Below are positions 20,690 through 30,202 of a stretch of 64,000 bases of DNA, piece by piece. The notes under the pieces were generated by a model that was given only the letters and a program-made list of their open reading frames with translations, had not been told where the DNA came from and made no database searches. This DNA is from Bacteroidales bacterium (GTDB lineage Bacteria; Bacteroidota; Bacteroidia; Bacteroidales; CAIWKO01): positions 1 through 64,000 of the forward strand of contig DAOORA010000010.1 of NCBI GenBank assembly GCA_035389045.1, in the 5' to 3' direction. How positions within the stretch are numbered: the stretch's first letter is position 1; every line of letters starts with the position of its first letter. Position numbers and translations under genes: made by a program.

Positions 20690-20927
20690 GCTGAGGCGAT
20701 AGGGAAGTATGAGAGGATTGAATAGGTTTGTGTTTTTAGTGAGAGTTTCACTTGCTTATCGGATTTGCAGCTGAAGTGAAAGCTTTTAGTGAAGCTCTCA
20801 CTTGCACATCGCGGGGCTGAGGCGATAGGGAAGTATGAGAGGATTGAATAGGTGTTTTTAGTGAGAGTTTCACTTGCTTATCGGACATGCATTTTAAGTT
20901 CAGGTCGTTAGTGAAATTCTCACTTGC
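20690..20927. repeat. Two tandem copies of the same ~126-bp repeat (right array)
   Basis: Units start at 20690 and 20816 in the same orientation as the left array; the last copy diverges at its 3' end. Confidence 0.95.
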
Positions 20928-20937
20928 CAGAAAAAAA

Positions 20938-22851
20938 CTAGTCGTGGAACCTCCAGCTGATGCCAAACCGGAACAGCCGGTCCTGCATGGGATAATGAGG
21001 AACGGTGAAATAATTATAACCGATAAGGCCGCTCAAGAAATTGGATAATTTCAAAAACACCCTCATCCGTTTTACCTTCAGGTTGATAAACACATCGGCA
21101 TTGAGGTAATTTCCTGTCTTATTAGTGTTCTGAAGGACAAAAGCGCCCAGTTCCGGATGATAACTATCGGCGTAATATGTCGTGTTATATAATAAGTCAA
21201 TCCCTATCTGCGCCAGCAAAGCCTTTTTGAACATGGGGGTGGTGAACATATACGACTGCATAGCCATAAGCTGGGGTTTACGGATCAATCCCGGCTTATC
21301 GGTATACTGATACACTACCTTATTATCAATACGGAACTTGCCGATCACAAAATCCTTATAAATATAGGCCAACAGAACATTTATAGTTCTGCTGGTATAC
21401 TGCCTCGGACGGGCATCAGCGCCCATATATACATAGTTGTAAAGATTATAATAATCAAGCCCGGCGCTTAAATTCCGGTAGGTGTAGTTAAGTCCTGCAC
21501 AGAGGGTGGACTGTTTCGCAAAGTCATAATCCCACTGGTAATATTTTGAATAAAAATGTTCGTAAAACCATGCAGGTTCGGACTTATTGTACCTTGCCTT
21601 AAGCTGCAAGGCGCCATAATATTTTTCATGAAAAATGAATTGCTGGACTGCCGAGGCATGGAGCGCAAAATCGTTTTTGTTGTAATCCATAAAAACATAC
21701 TCACCCGACAGGTTCATTTTCAGGGTTTTGTAAGGCTCTATACTTATGCCCAGCGAGGGGATCAGGTTGGAGATATAATGACTTTCGTTTAACTGCCGTA
21801 CACGTATATAGGCATGTTTTACCCCGACAAAATAACGCAGCCTCCGCATTGCACTGTCCGGTTTTTGTTCTGAGTTCGTCCATGCCAGGGTATTTTCCAG
21901 CTTATAAAACCAGGTGGAATCGTTCAGCGTGGTAGTATCGTCGGGCAAGAGGGGATAATAAGCAAGGTTGGGTGTTTCGTCGGTGAATTTAAAGCGCTGC
22001 CGGCTGAAATCAAGGGTATGCACTAACCTGCCCAGGTTGAATTTTTTCAGGGGACGGAGGCTGTCTTTTTTGTTAAATTCATTTTCGCGCGACAAGGTAA
22101 CATAATGCTTCAGTACCACCGACGACTCACGCCAGTTGGTTTCAGCGGTTTTCAGGTTGATGTCGAAGGCGCCGGCATTATCGCCTTTGCGGTAATTGAT
22201 ATAAGCGGTATCGTCGGTCACTCCGCCGTTTTCCTGGGCTTTGATCCTGTTAAAAATATAGTTGACAAACACACCGTAGCGCTTGTTCCGGGTGGCATAC
22301 CATGTGAATAACGATAAGGCATGGTCGTTGGTTTTCTGCCGGAAATTGTCGCGTCCCGGCGAATTGACGATACGGTAATCCACCCCCATGAACACCTGGT
22401 TGTGCACATGATGATAGTGGGTGACTCGGAAGGTCTGCTCACGTTTCATCCCCAGCGTCCAGAACAGGTTGGTATACGGCAGTAGCGAAAAGTAATTTAT
22501 ATGCTGCGATGTATTGAACCTGTATGCGTCAAAAGATTTCAGGCCGTACGAGAAACCACAGGCCGGGGACGTTTCAAACATCATATCTGCTGAAGCCAGT
22601 CCCACATTGCCGAGGTTGGCATTAAACACATATGATGTGCTTAGCGGGTCGTAGTTCTGGAAGCCAAAGATACTGGTGTCAATTGGTGCAGCAGAGTTCT
22701 GCGGGGCTGCGGTGGTATCAATTTTATTTATGCTGAAGCTGACAACTTTAATGGAGTCTTTGCGGGTAAGAAGCGTATCGCTGCTCTGGCTTATGGCGAA
22801 AAAAGGCAAGATGGTGAGCACGGCATATATGAGAAAAGGTAAGCGCTTCAT
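20938..22851 (-). CDS. Putative porin (Bacteroidota Porin_10-like outer-membrane protein)
   Basis: Signal peptide, LGNVG, PYTNL motifs, C-terminal PHYPMQDRLFRFGISWRFHD. Confidence 0.85.
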   Translation of the reverse strand: MKRLPFLIYAVLTILPFFAISQSSDTLLTRKDSIKVVSFSINKIDTTAAPQNSAAPIDTSIFGFQNYDPLSTSYVFNANLGNVGLASADMMFETSPACGFSYGLKSFDAYRFNTSQHINYFSLLPYTNLFWTLGMKREQTFRVTHYHHVHNQVFMGVDYRIVNSPGRDNFRQKTNDHALSLFTWYATRNKRYGVFVNYIFNRIKAQENGGVTDDTAYINYRKGDNAGAFDINLKTAETNWRESSVVLKHYVTLSRENEFNKKDSLRPLKKFNLGRLVHTLDFSRQRFKFTDETPNLAYYPLLPDDTTTLNDSTWFYKLENTLAWTNSEQKPDSAMRRLRYFVGVKHAYIRVRQLNESHYISNLIPSLGISIEPYKTLKMNLSGEYVFMDYNKNDFALHASAVQQFIFHEKYYGALQLKARYNKSEPAWFYEHFYSKYYQWDYDFAKQSTLCAGLNYTYRNLSAGLDYYNLYNYVYMGADARPRQYTSRTINVLLAYIYKDFVIGKFRIDNKVVYQYTDKPGLIRKPQLMAMQSYMFTTPMFKKALLAQIGIDLLYNTTYYADSYHPELGAFVLQNTNKTGNYLNADVFINLKVKRMRVFLKLSNFLSGLIGYNYFTVPHYPMQDRLFRFGISWRFHD

Positions 22852-23020
22852 TTCGGTTTTTTGACAAGGGCAAAGGTATTAAAAATTTCGTCGGTACAGG
22901 CGTGCCGGATGGCCTTAATAAAAACATCAGGATGGTGATGGCTTTGAAGAAAAAGAATTACCTAACCTTAGAATATGGTTTTTTGAGGGTTGCCCTGTGA
23001 GTGAATGAATTGAAAAACAA

Positions 23021-23155
23021 GTATAACGTCTGCAAGCATATAATGAAGCTGTATTCGTGAATCGTAATCTATCACCCGAGCTAAAACCGCACAAGCGAGA
23101 AACGACAATATACCTGAGCCATGCCCGCTTTTTTTTAAATGCTTGTTGTTAGCGT
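23021..23155 (-). repeat. attC-like recombination site (solo)
   Basis: Minus strand reads GCTAAC-aa-CAAGCAT ... ATGCTTG-cagac-GTTATAC: complementary AAC/GTT cores and perfectly complementary 7-bp inner boxes about 130 bp apart. Confidence 0.5.
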
Positions 23156-23679
23156 TTCACTGTTTTCGATTATTTCTACTGTTATGTCAATCATGAATTG
23201 ACGGATAGATACGTTTTATTTTTATTCTTGAGTACCCTCTGAAAAGCTCCGTTTTTCTTATCCTGGGACTTTTTGCCCTTTATCCCAAAGGGAAGTCGCA
23301 GAAAATCATGTTTTTCGGAGTGGGCTCAATGTTGAATTGCTTGACCAGAAAATTAAACTCTCTTGATAGAATGAAAACCAGCCGGTAAGAATAATGCCTG
23401 GCACTATGGAGAGGTGGGTAAAAACTTGAAAGGCATGGATACGTTTATTAACTTTGGGAGTTGTTGTAATGGAACGTACTATTATTCCGCCGCTTGTGCC
23501 TGGCAGCACATCGATTAAAAGTATAAAACACGTCAATGCAGACCCCAATAATTGTTGAGACTGTTTCAAACATAGCCTTTTCTGAAAATCATCATTGCCC
23601 ACACCTGAAAGGTGTGCTGATTTTCAGCAACTTCTACCATTTGGGGGGGGGGAGAGGGCAACGAAAATCATTTAAATCA

Positions 23680-23715
23680 CTTTGTGCCACTTTGTGCACC
23701 CCTTTGTGCTTTGTG
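23680..23715. repeat. Array of four CTTTGTG heptamers
   Basis: ctttgtg at 23680, 23690, 23702 and 23709. Confidence 0.75.
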
Positions 23716-24083
23716 GTAAGTCAAGTAATTGAACCACTACGTTCTCTGCTGCGATCACAAAAAAAGATAATTCAAAACAAAATATTTTTGCGACACCCAC
23801 AAGCAGCTAATTGAATCAGTCTGCAATAATTATTACACATGAAAACCACTTCTTTTTATGATACGTCTGGCTCTAATAAAATATTTTCATGAATAATCTG
23901 TCACCCGGTTTTAAGAACAATAAAAAAAATGTTAAAAAAGTTGACAAATGTTTTTTGCCGGTTTATATTTGTTTAAATAATATCATTACTAAAATAATAT
24001 ATAAACTCATAAATTATAAAGATATGATAATGAGCAGATTAAGAATTTTCATCAAAAGGTTCGTCTTTCGTTTTTCCGGCATA

Positions 24084-25166
24084 ATGAAAAAGGGGATTGC
24101 TATGTTGTGTTTTATTGCATCCTTACCTCTTCTGGCCCAGCAACCCAGCCTTCCCGCAAATTATCTGGTCAAATCTCTGAATGATGCAGCCTTTACTTAT
24201 GGGATAAGCCAGTTTTTTGATAACGGTGATTTTATCGGGCTGGGCACCAGTACACCTAAGTCAAAATTACATATCCATTCTGATGAGATGAGAATGTCGG
24301 ATAATATTGTTGTCAATGAACACGGCAGTACTAAAAGTTTACCATCAATCCCGCTTTCACAATATTATGCCATTACCACCTTTCAGATCACCAATCACGC
24401 AACGGATTCGCTGGCCACAGATGGATTACTTATGGGAGTGAAGGATAAAAATGCTATTTTTACATTACAGGAAGATGGCGATATGTATTTTATCCTCGAT
24501 GACCATACTATTATGTCCCTACTAAATGCAGGCAAAGTTGGAATTAACGGCAGTGTCGGCATAGGGACAAATAATCCTTTGTCGGATCTGCATGTAACCG
24601 GCAACGGTATTTTTTCCGAAACAGCTAATGCCATTATTTCTTCAGCATTTATCAGGGGAAACAATACTTTTTCCTCATCGGCAAATCCTGATTATACATG
24701 GTTTAACAATGACATGACCGGAATGTTTCACCCGGCTGCAGATGTCATTGCATTTACCAACGGTGGAACAGAATCTATGCGGATTGATAAAACCAACGTA
24801 GGCATAGGCACCGTTACGCCTCATCCCGACTTCCGCTTATCAGTGAACGGGAAGATCAGGGCGAAAGAAATAGTGGTTGAAACCAACTGGTCTGATTTTG
24901 TTTTTGAAAAAGATTATAAATTGATGCCGCTACCTGAGGTGGAAAAATATATAAATGAACACCATCATCTTCCGGGCGTGCCATCAGCTGCAGAGGTAGA
25001 GAAAAACGGTGTGGCGCTGGGCAATTCACAGGCCGTGCTGTTGCAGAAAATTGAGGAGTTGACGGTTTATATTATTGAGATGAACAAACAACTGGAATTG
25101 GTGAAAGCACAAAACGTCAGTTTACAAAACGAGATTAATGAATTAAAAAACTTGAAACAGAAATGA
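24084..25166 (+). CDS. Secreted tail-fibre-like protein with GIGT repeats and C-terminal coiled coil
   Basis: Repeated (V)GIGTxxP motifs, LSVNGKIRAKEI, WSDFVF, HLPGVPSAAEV, LLQKIEELTVYII. Start at MKKGIAML (ORF open from 23889). Confidence 0.75.
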   Translation: MKKGIAMLCFIASLPLLAQQPSLPANYLVKSLNDAAFTYGISQFFDNGDFIGLGTSTPKSKLHIHSDEMRMSDNIVVNEHGSTKSLPSIPLSQYYAITTFQITNHATDSLATDGLLMGVKDKNAIFTLQEDGDMYFILDDHTIMSLLNAGKVGINGSVGIGTNNPLSDLHVTGNGIFSETANAIISSAFIRGNNTFSSSANPDYTWFNNDMTGMFHPAADVIAFTNGGTESMRIDKTNVGIGTVTPHPDFRLSVNGKIRAKEIVVETNWSDFVFEKDYKLMPLPEVEKYINEHHHLPGVPSAAEVEKNGVALGNSQAVLLQKIEELTVYIIEMNKQLELVKAQNVSLQNEINELKNLKQK

Positions 25167-25603
25167 AAAAAATATTGTTGATTTTTATTGTAATTGCAGC
25201 ATTGGTAAGTAGCTGTAAAAAAGAACGGACATTTAATAGATTATTGGGCAGACATATACTTACAGAATATACTGTTAATGGAATAGATTCATTGCAATCA
25301 TATAAAGACTCATTGGGAACAGAATTCTATTTTTTTTATGATGATCTTTATGAACGCTATAAAGCACACATATTAGGATATAGCGACGTTTATGACGATC
25401 ATTTAATTATCTGGCATTGGTCATTTCATAATAATTATAATAATTTGGTAGTATTTGAGACTTATTCATTTACAAGCGGCATTGGGCCTATTGGAGGGAA
25501 CAAAACCCCAGACTGGGAAATTATTAAAATAAAAAATGATATTGTAAAACTTAAAACCAACTATAACAATAAAGAGTATGTATTATGTCTTATCAATAAA
25601 TAA
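25163..25603 (+). CDS. Hypothetical lipoprotein (lipocalin-like)
   Basis: Lipobox VSSC-KK; AT-rich; ATGA overlap with the upstream gene. Confidence 0.65.
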   Translation: MKKILLIFIVIAALVSSCKKERTFNRLLGRHILTEYTVNGIDSLQSYKDSLGTEFYFFYDDLYERYKAHILGYSDVYDDHLIIWHWSFHNNYNNLVVFETYSFTSGIGPIGGNKTPDWEIIKIKNDIVKLKTNYNNKEYVLCLINK

Positions 25604-28181
25604 AACTAATATAGACAATAAATTAAAAAAAATCAATTCAGCATTTATATTAGTTTTTTTTATATTTAATGCATTTATGGCTTTTCCACAGATTTCAACC
25701 GATATGGTTAAGTATTGGTATTATAGAAATCGTTTAAATAATTATTTTGTAATCCCTGGAGAGCAACATGGCGAAAGCCAAATAATTTGCATCAGAAATA
25801 TTATCCCGTATGAGTGGTCATACGGTAACCAAAAAAATGTTGATTATGGACAACATGGTAAATATACAGGATTATATATTGGGGTTTTAGCAACAGAATA
25901 TTATTTATTAAACAGAAATGGGCAATATTATGATGCAAATAGAACAAAACAGGAACTATTTTATGCATTAAATGCTATCAAAATTTACTGGGATGAGTAT
26001 GCTGAGAGTTATTTTGGATATTCAAATCAATTTAATGGCTTTTTTACCAGAGGAAGCGTCCCCTGCGATTTTCTATATCCTGAAACTAATATTGACAATA
26101 ATCCCACATATCATCCAAATGCATTCACAGTTACAGGACTATCTCATGTCAGTTTATTGAATAAGGATCTGACGTCAAATGATATTTGGCATGACGCCCC
26201 AATATATAAGTTTGGAAATTCACAAACAGGAATATTTTTGCCTCGTGGACATCCAGGGTATGCTGATCATAGAACCTCAGATTATTGTAAATATCATCCT
26301 TATGCATCAGCGGTACCGACAAATAACTATAATAATGACGGCAGTAATACCAATCATCCAGAATGTTTCCATCATGATACCCAACAACATCCTGAAAGTA
26401 TGAGTCAGGATGAGGCCATTTGGATTATGCTTGGTTGTGAATTAACAACAAAATTAGTAGGAGGAAGTTTAGGGGAAATGGCATTAGAAATGAAAACAAA
26501 AATACTTAACCAATTAACAAATATAGAACAGGAGTATTGCTGCTCCCATTTTCAAATATATGAACCTAACAATTATGCAATTTGTATGAATCAAGGTGGA
26601 AACACCTGGAATTATGGCAAACCACTATGTAAATTATATTTTTCAACTCCAAACCCATTTAATACTTATTCAGAATCTGATGTTTCAGAAATCCTGCAAT
26701 ATGAACAAAGTATTATGTGGACACTTGCATCAATAGTTCCAACTGGTGATTGGGATTTAACATGTTCATTAGCAGCTATGACAGATTCATGGAATAATAC
26801 TGGTGCACGAATCAAAGCCATATCGGATAACACCAAAACACATACGTTTTTTACATTGCTTTGGGAAGTATTACAAAATAAGAAAAGGCCAGGAAATATA
26901 CAAAAAGAAATAATGATTGAAACAATCGACCAAATGAATTCCTCTCCTTGCGAAGGTACATATTGTTACCGTTCAGATTATGATTCTGAGGGTCATTGGC
27001 AATTAGGAGGTATCCATCCCGATGGAGGTTGGGCATCAACATATAGATGGTGTAAAGAAATAAAAGAACAAGATCATGGAAGCGCATGGACAGGTAATTA
27101 TAATGGTACTGATTATATGCTTTTATATAATTTATACCATATAGTAAACTACGCAAAATGTCCTTGTTATGTGAATTATATTGACAGGAATATAGTAGGA
27201 CATATTCCTGTTTCCAGCCATTCCGATGAAACAGGCACGGGGGCTCCGATCTATTATGACTATTACGGAACAAATGATACTCCTCTCAGATTTATCGCCT
27301 TTAATACGATCAGTTCAACACAAAGGATCAATGCCTATAACCATGTTATTGATTACATTTTACATCCAGATACAGATTATGAAGAAATAGTTTATACATC
27401 GGTAGCAGCCAATGTCACGTACAAAGCCGGTGAAACTATTCATCTCAAGCCGGGCTTCCGTGTTGAAGAAGGATCATATTTTCATGCCTATATTGGAGAT
27501 ATTGATTGTTCAGAGTACGGAAATTCAAAACCATCAGATGAAAACGATTATCCCCACAACATGTACACCCCCTACTTCGATTCCCTGATCTCGTCGCCCA
27601 AAACGCCCTACGACCTCGAGGTTGAAGATTCCACCGGTGACAACGATTTTCTGGCGCTGGAATGTCCCGTCGACACACTGAGATTCAAAGGCATTAACGG
27701 AGATACCATTGATGAATTGTACACTTATTACTGGGATTTTGGTAACGGAATAACGTCCACTGAGGTTGACCCTGTGGTTTATTACCAGCCCGGAACCTAT
27801 AATTTCACTCTCATACTCACCGATACCAACGGAGTGGCAGATACCATGAAAATTGTTCTCGAAGTACCAGATTGCGGCACACAGACCGGGACACAGGAGC
27901 AGACAACCTCGTCGTCAGCTTCTGACGCTGCCATCAGCATCGTACCAAATCCTAATAACGGCGAGATGTGGCTTTTATCAAAGGGTACTCACGAAGAGGG
28001 CTGCCGCCTGGTTATATACGATATCACCGGTAGAGCGGTTTATAGAAAACCAATTCCGCTGTTAACGGGTAAAATACAGATAAGCGCCTCCGGCCTGCTT
28101 AACGGGGTTTATTTATACACGGTAATTTCAGAACATGGAAATCTTATTGCCAAAGACAAACTGGTGATAATAAACAAATAG
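25578..28181 (+). CDS. T9SS cargo: large unknown N-terminal domain + coathanger-stack-like segment + PKD domain + type A sorting domain
   Basis: KYWYYRNRL N-terminus, YKAGETIHLKPGF, YYWDFGNG..PGTYNFTL (PKD), IVPNPNNG..IYDITGR..GVYLY..KLVI (CTD). Confidence 0.8.
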   Translation: MYYVLSINKTNIDNKLKKINSAFILVFFIFNAFMAFPQISTDMVKYWYYRNRLNNYFVIPGEQHGESQIICIRNIIPYEWSYGNQKNVDYGQHGKYTGLYIGVLATEYYLLNRNGQYYDANRTKQELFYALNAIKIYWDEYAESYFGYSNQFNGFFTRGSVPCDFLYPETNIDNNPTYHPNAFTVTGLSHVSLLNKDLTSNDIWHDAPIYKFGNSQTGIFLPRGHPGYADHRTSDYCKYHPYASAVPTNNYNNDGSNTNHPECFHHDTQQHPESMSQDEAIWIMLGCELTTKLVGGSLGEMALEMKTKILNQLTNIEQEYCCSHFQIYEPNNYAICMNQGGNTWNYGKPLCKLYFSTPNPFNTYSESDVSEILQYEQSIMWTLASIVPTGDWDLTCSLAAMTDSWNNTGARIKAISDNTKTHTFFTLLWEVLQNKKRPGNIQKEIMIETIDQMNSSPCEGTYCYRSDYDSEGHWQLGGIHPDGGWASTYRWCKEIKEQDHGSAWTGNYNGTDYMLLYNLYHIVNYAKCPCYVNYIDRNIVGHIPVSSHSDETGTGAPIYYDYYGTNDTPLRFIAFNTISSTQRINAYNHVIDYILHPDTDYEEIVYTSVAANVTYKAGETIHLKPGFRVEEGSYFHAYIGDIDCSEYGNSKPSDENDYPHNMYTPYFDSLISSPKTPYDLEVEDSTGDNDFLALECPVDTLRFKGINGDTIDELYTYYWDFGNGITSTEVDPVVYYQPGTYNFTLILTDTNGVADTMKIVLEVPDCGTQTGTQEQTTSSSASDAAISIVPNPNNGEMWLLSKGTHEEGCRLVIYDITGRAVYRKPIPLLTGKIQISASGLLNGVYLYTVISEHGNLIAKDKLVIINK

Positions 28182-28453
28182 GTCTTTCTATTTTGTCAGC
28201 AAGAAAAAACCTTAAGAATAAAACAGGTAGCCTTGCGATTATTCCGGTCATATGGGCACATTTCCAGGCACACATTCCCTCCTTAACCAGCGATAGCAAA
28301 AACGTTAGAATCCTGATGGGATAATTAATACCTCATGTCAATTAATGCAATTCTGAGGCTGCTGTCGAGGGAATAAGATGATTCCTGAAGTGATGAACCG
28401 ATAATAGTAATCCCTTTCGGCTTGTGCTAAGCAGGTTGCACTTGTGCTAAAGT

Positions 28454-29347
28454 TTATTTCACGATGAATTTAATAGTGGCCGTGCGGTCATCCGCATCGG
28501 ACAATCTGGCCAGGTATATGCCCGACACGAAATCGTCTGAATTTAAGTGTATTACGCTTTTTTCGGAGATATCTGTATATCGTATTACATTACCCAACAG
28601 ATTGTATATGGTCATGTGCCGAAAACCTGTTCCTGCGGATGTCAGGTCGAGAACACTGTTTGATGCCAGTGGTTGCGGGTATATAGTTATTTCCTGAAAC
28701 CGGTTCTCTGTGTTGTCATTGCAAATGTCTGAAACAGTAAAACAATTGGGGAACATGGGATTCAGATAGACTAACTGTCCATCCTGCCTGAAACAGCTTA
28801 CATCCCATTTTGTAAAGACTTTTGTGGGAATGTCGGTAACAGGTGATAATAATTGACTTACAGAACCTATTCCTTCGATGTAAGTTTCCCATAAGACATG
28901 GAACCTTTTGCGGTAATTTGTTCCGACCAGCACCGAGTCAACGGACCATACAGGGCATTTACCCCAAATGCCGTAAATAATGGAGTCCCCCGTGTTTTTT
29001 GAGAAATCGTAAAGCTGAATTTCCTGCGGAAAATATTCCATTCTCCAGAAATCCCATCCGGTATAAAATACCCTTTTGGAGGAATCTTCCCTCAGGCAGC
29101 CCATGTATAGCGAATTGGAACTCACTAAAGTGTCAAACAACTGATATACTTTTGAGTACTGCCGGGAACCGATCACCGTATCTCCGACCAACCCATAACT
29201 GAAAAAGTATGCCGCAGGATTAACCTGGTCGTTGAATTGAAAATACTGATTCCAGACCGCGTTTGAATCGGGGAAAGGAAAGTATTGCTGCCCGCTGATC
29301 ACGGTCATCTGTGCCAGAGTAGTAAGAATTATTAATAGTTTTTTCAT
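28454..29347 (-). CDS. T9SS type A sorting domain-containing protein
   Basis: Signal peptide, YFPFPDSNAVW, GDTVI, LYDFS, IEGIGS; CTD IYPQP..IYNLLG..SGIY..KFIVK. Confidence 0.85.
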   Translation of the reverse strand: MKKLLIILTTLAQMTVISGQQYFPFPDSNAVWNQYFQFNDQVNPAAYFFSYGLVGDTVIGSRQYSKVYQLFDTLVSSNSLYMGCLREDSSKRVFYTGWDFWRMEYFPQEIQLYDFSKNTGDSIIYGIWGKCPVWSVDSVLVGTNYRKRFHVLWETYIEGIGSVSQLLSPVTDIPTKVFTKWDVSCFRQDGQLVYLNPMFPNCFTVSDICNDNTENRFQEITIYPQPLASNSVLDLTSAGTGFRHMTIYNLLGNVIRYTDISEKSVIHLNSDDFVSGIYLARLSDADDRTATIKFIVK

Positions 29348-29380
29348 GTGCAGGAATTTATTTGTCTGATACAGATTGAT

Positions 29381-30055
29381 CTATCCTTTTTCACTGATGT
29401 ACATTAAAACATCTTTTTTTAAAATTTTTAATTCTTTTCCCTTGAATTCTATGATTTTATTATTGCTGAAATCGGAAAGCACCCGGCTGACGCTTTCGCG
29501 TGAGGTGCCTACCAGGTCGCCCAGTTCGTTTCGGGTGAGTGGAAAAATGAAATGAGTGCCATCAAAAATTTTTTCAGACATACACAGCAATGTTTCAGCT
29601 ACCAGGCCGGGTATCTGTTTTTGCGACTGGCTGGTATAACGCTGGTAGTCATTCAGTTCATTCTGACATAATTCGATGATGATCTCATAGGCAAATTTCC
29701 CATTATTGTAAATAAAAGCACGGAAAAGGTTGATATCAATGAAGCACACGGAAGCCTCGGTAATGGCTGATGCCGAAAACTGGTTGATTTTATCTCCGAG
29801 ACTGGTAGGGAGTCCTAAATAAGAAGGCGCTTTTACGATACGCAATATTTTTTCGCGTACAGGCCCGTGCATGTGGATCTTTGCTATACCGCTTTTCAGA
29901 AAGGCAACATTGAGAGATAAGGCGCCCTGACGGAAAATATTATCGCCCTTTTTGAAATGAACCTCAACGCTGTTCTTCTCCATCACTTCCATCTGCTCGG
30001 GAGGCAGGCTGCTGGCAGCTGCGCACTTTATTGTGCATTGATTGCATTTATCCAT
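29381..30055 (-). CDS. Crp/Fnr family transcriptional regulator with N-terminal Cys cluster
   Basis: CNQCTIKC N-terminus, cNMP-binding-like domain, HTH LTRNELGDLVGTSRESVSR. Start at MDKC. Confidence 0.9.
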   Translation of the reverse strand: MDKCNQCTIKCAAASSLPPEQMEVMEKNSVEVHFKKGDNIFRQGALSLNVAFLKSGIAKIHMHGPVREKILRIVKAPSYLGLPTSLGDKINQFSASAITEASVCFIDINLFRAFIYNNGKFAYEIIIELCQNELNDYQRYTSQSQKQIPGLVAETLLCMSEKIFDGTHFIFPLTRNELGDLVGTSRESVSRVLSDFSNNKIIEFKGKELKILKKDVLMYISEKG

Positions 30056-30097
30056 ATCGTATTTTTTGATTCTAAAAGTAAGAAATAAAAATGACAA

Positions 30098-30117
30098 AAT
30101 GTGATTTAAATCACATT
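30098..30117. promoter_or_regulatory. Perfect CRP-type box (TGTGA-N6-TCACA)
   Basis: 20-bp perfect palindrome aatgtgatttaaatcacatt between the divergent crp/fnr and dsrE genes. Confidence 0.85.
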
Positions 30118-30169
30118 ATTTGTTGCAATACCTCACATGAAGTTTTGTTCAATGTATGTATAACATGTT

Positions 30170-30177
30170 TAATTTTG
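30170..30177 (+). promoter_or_regulatory. Bacteroidota -7 promoter box of the dsrE-hdr operon
   Basis: TAATTTTG matches TAnnTTTG; an upstream TTTG lies at 30144-30147. Confidence 0.55.
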
Positions 30178-30202
30178 CCGTAAATAATAAAAAAACAAAA
30201 CT

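Noticed and set aside
19294..20927. The ~126-bp repeats as a CRISPR array
   Set aside because: Units are contiguous and near-identical over their whole length, with no unique spacers, and no cas genes are in the window.
20554..20966. Short ORFs 20554-20751, 20748-20966 (and 19635-19841)
   Set aside because: They are translations of the repeat units or antisense shadows of the toxin gene, with no protein-like features.
23306..23814. ORFs 23306-23602 (-) and 23536-23814 (+)
   Set aside because: No recognisable motifs; they overlap each other, and the second runs through a G10 tract and a heptamer array. At most pseudogene debris.
24084..25166. Tail-fibre-like gene as evidence of a prophage
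   Set aside because: It has a signal peptide and no other phage genes are nearby; such proteins are common chromosomal Bacteroidota genes.
28421..28450. cttgtgctaa direct repeat after the T9SS gene, as a possible attC remnant
   Set aside because: Only two 10-bp copies, and I could not find matching AAC/GTT cores.
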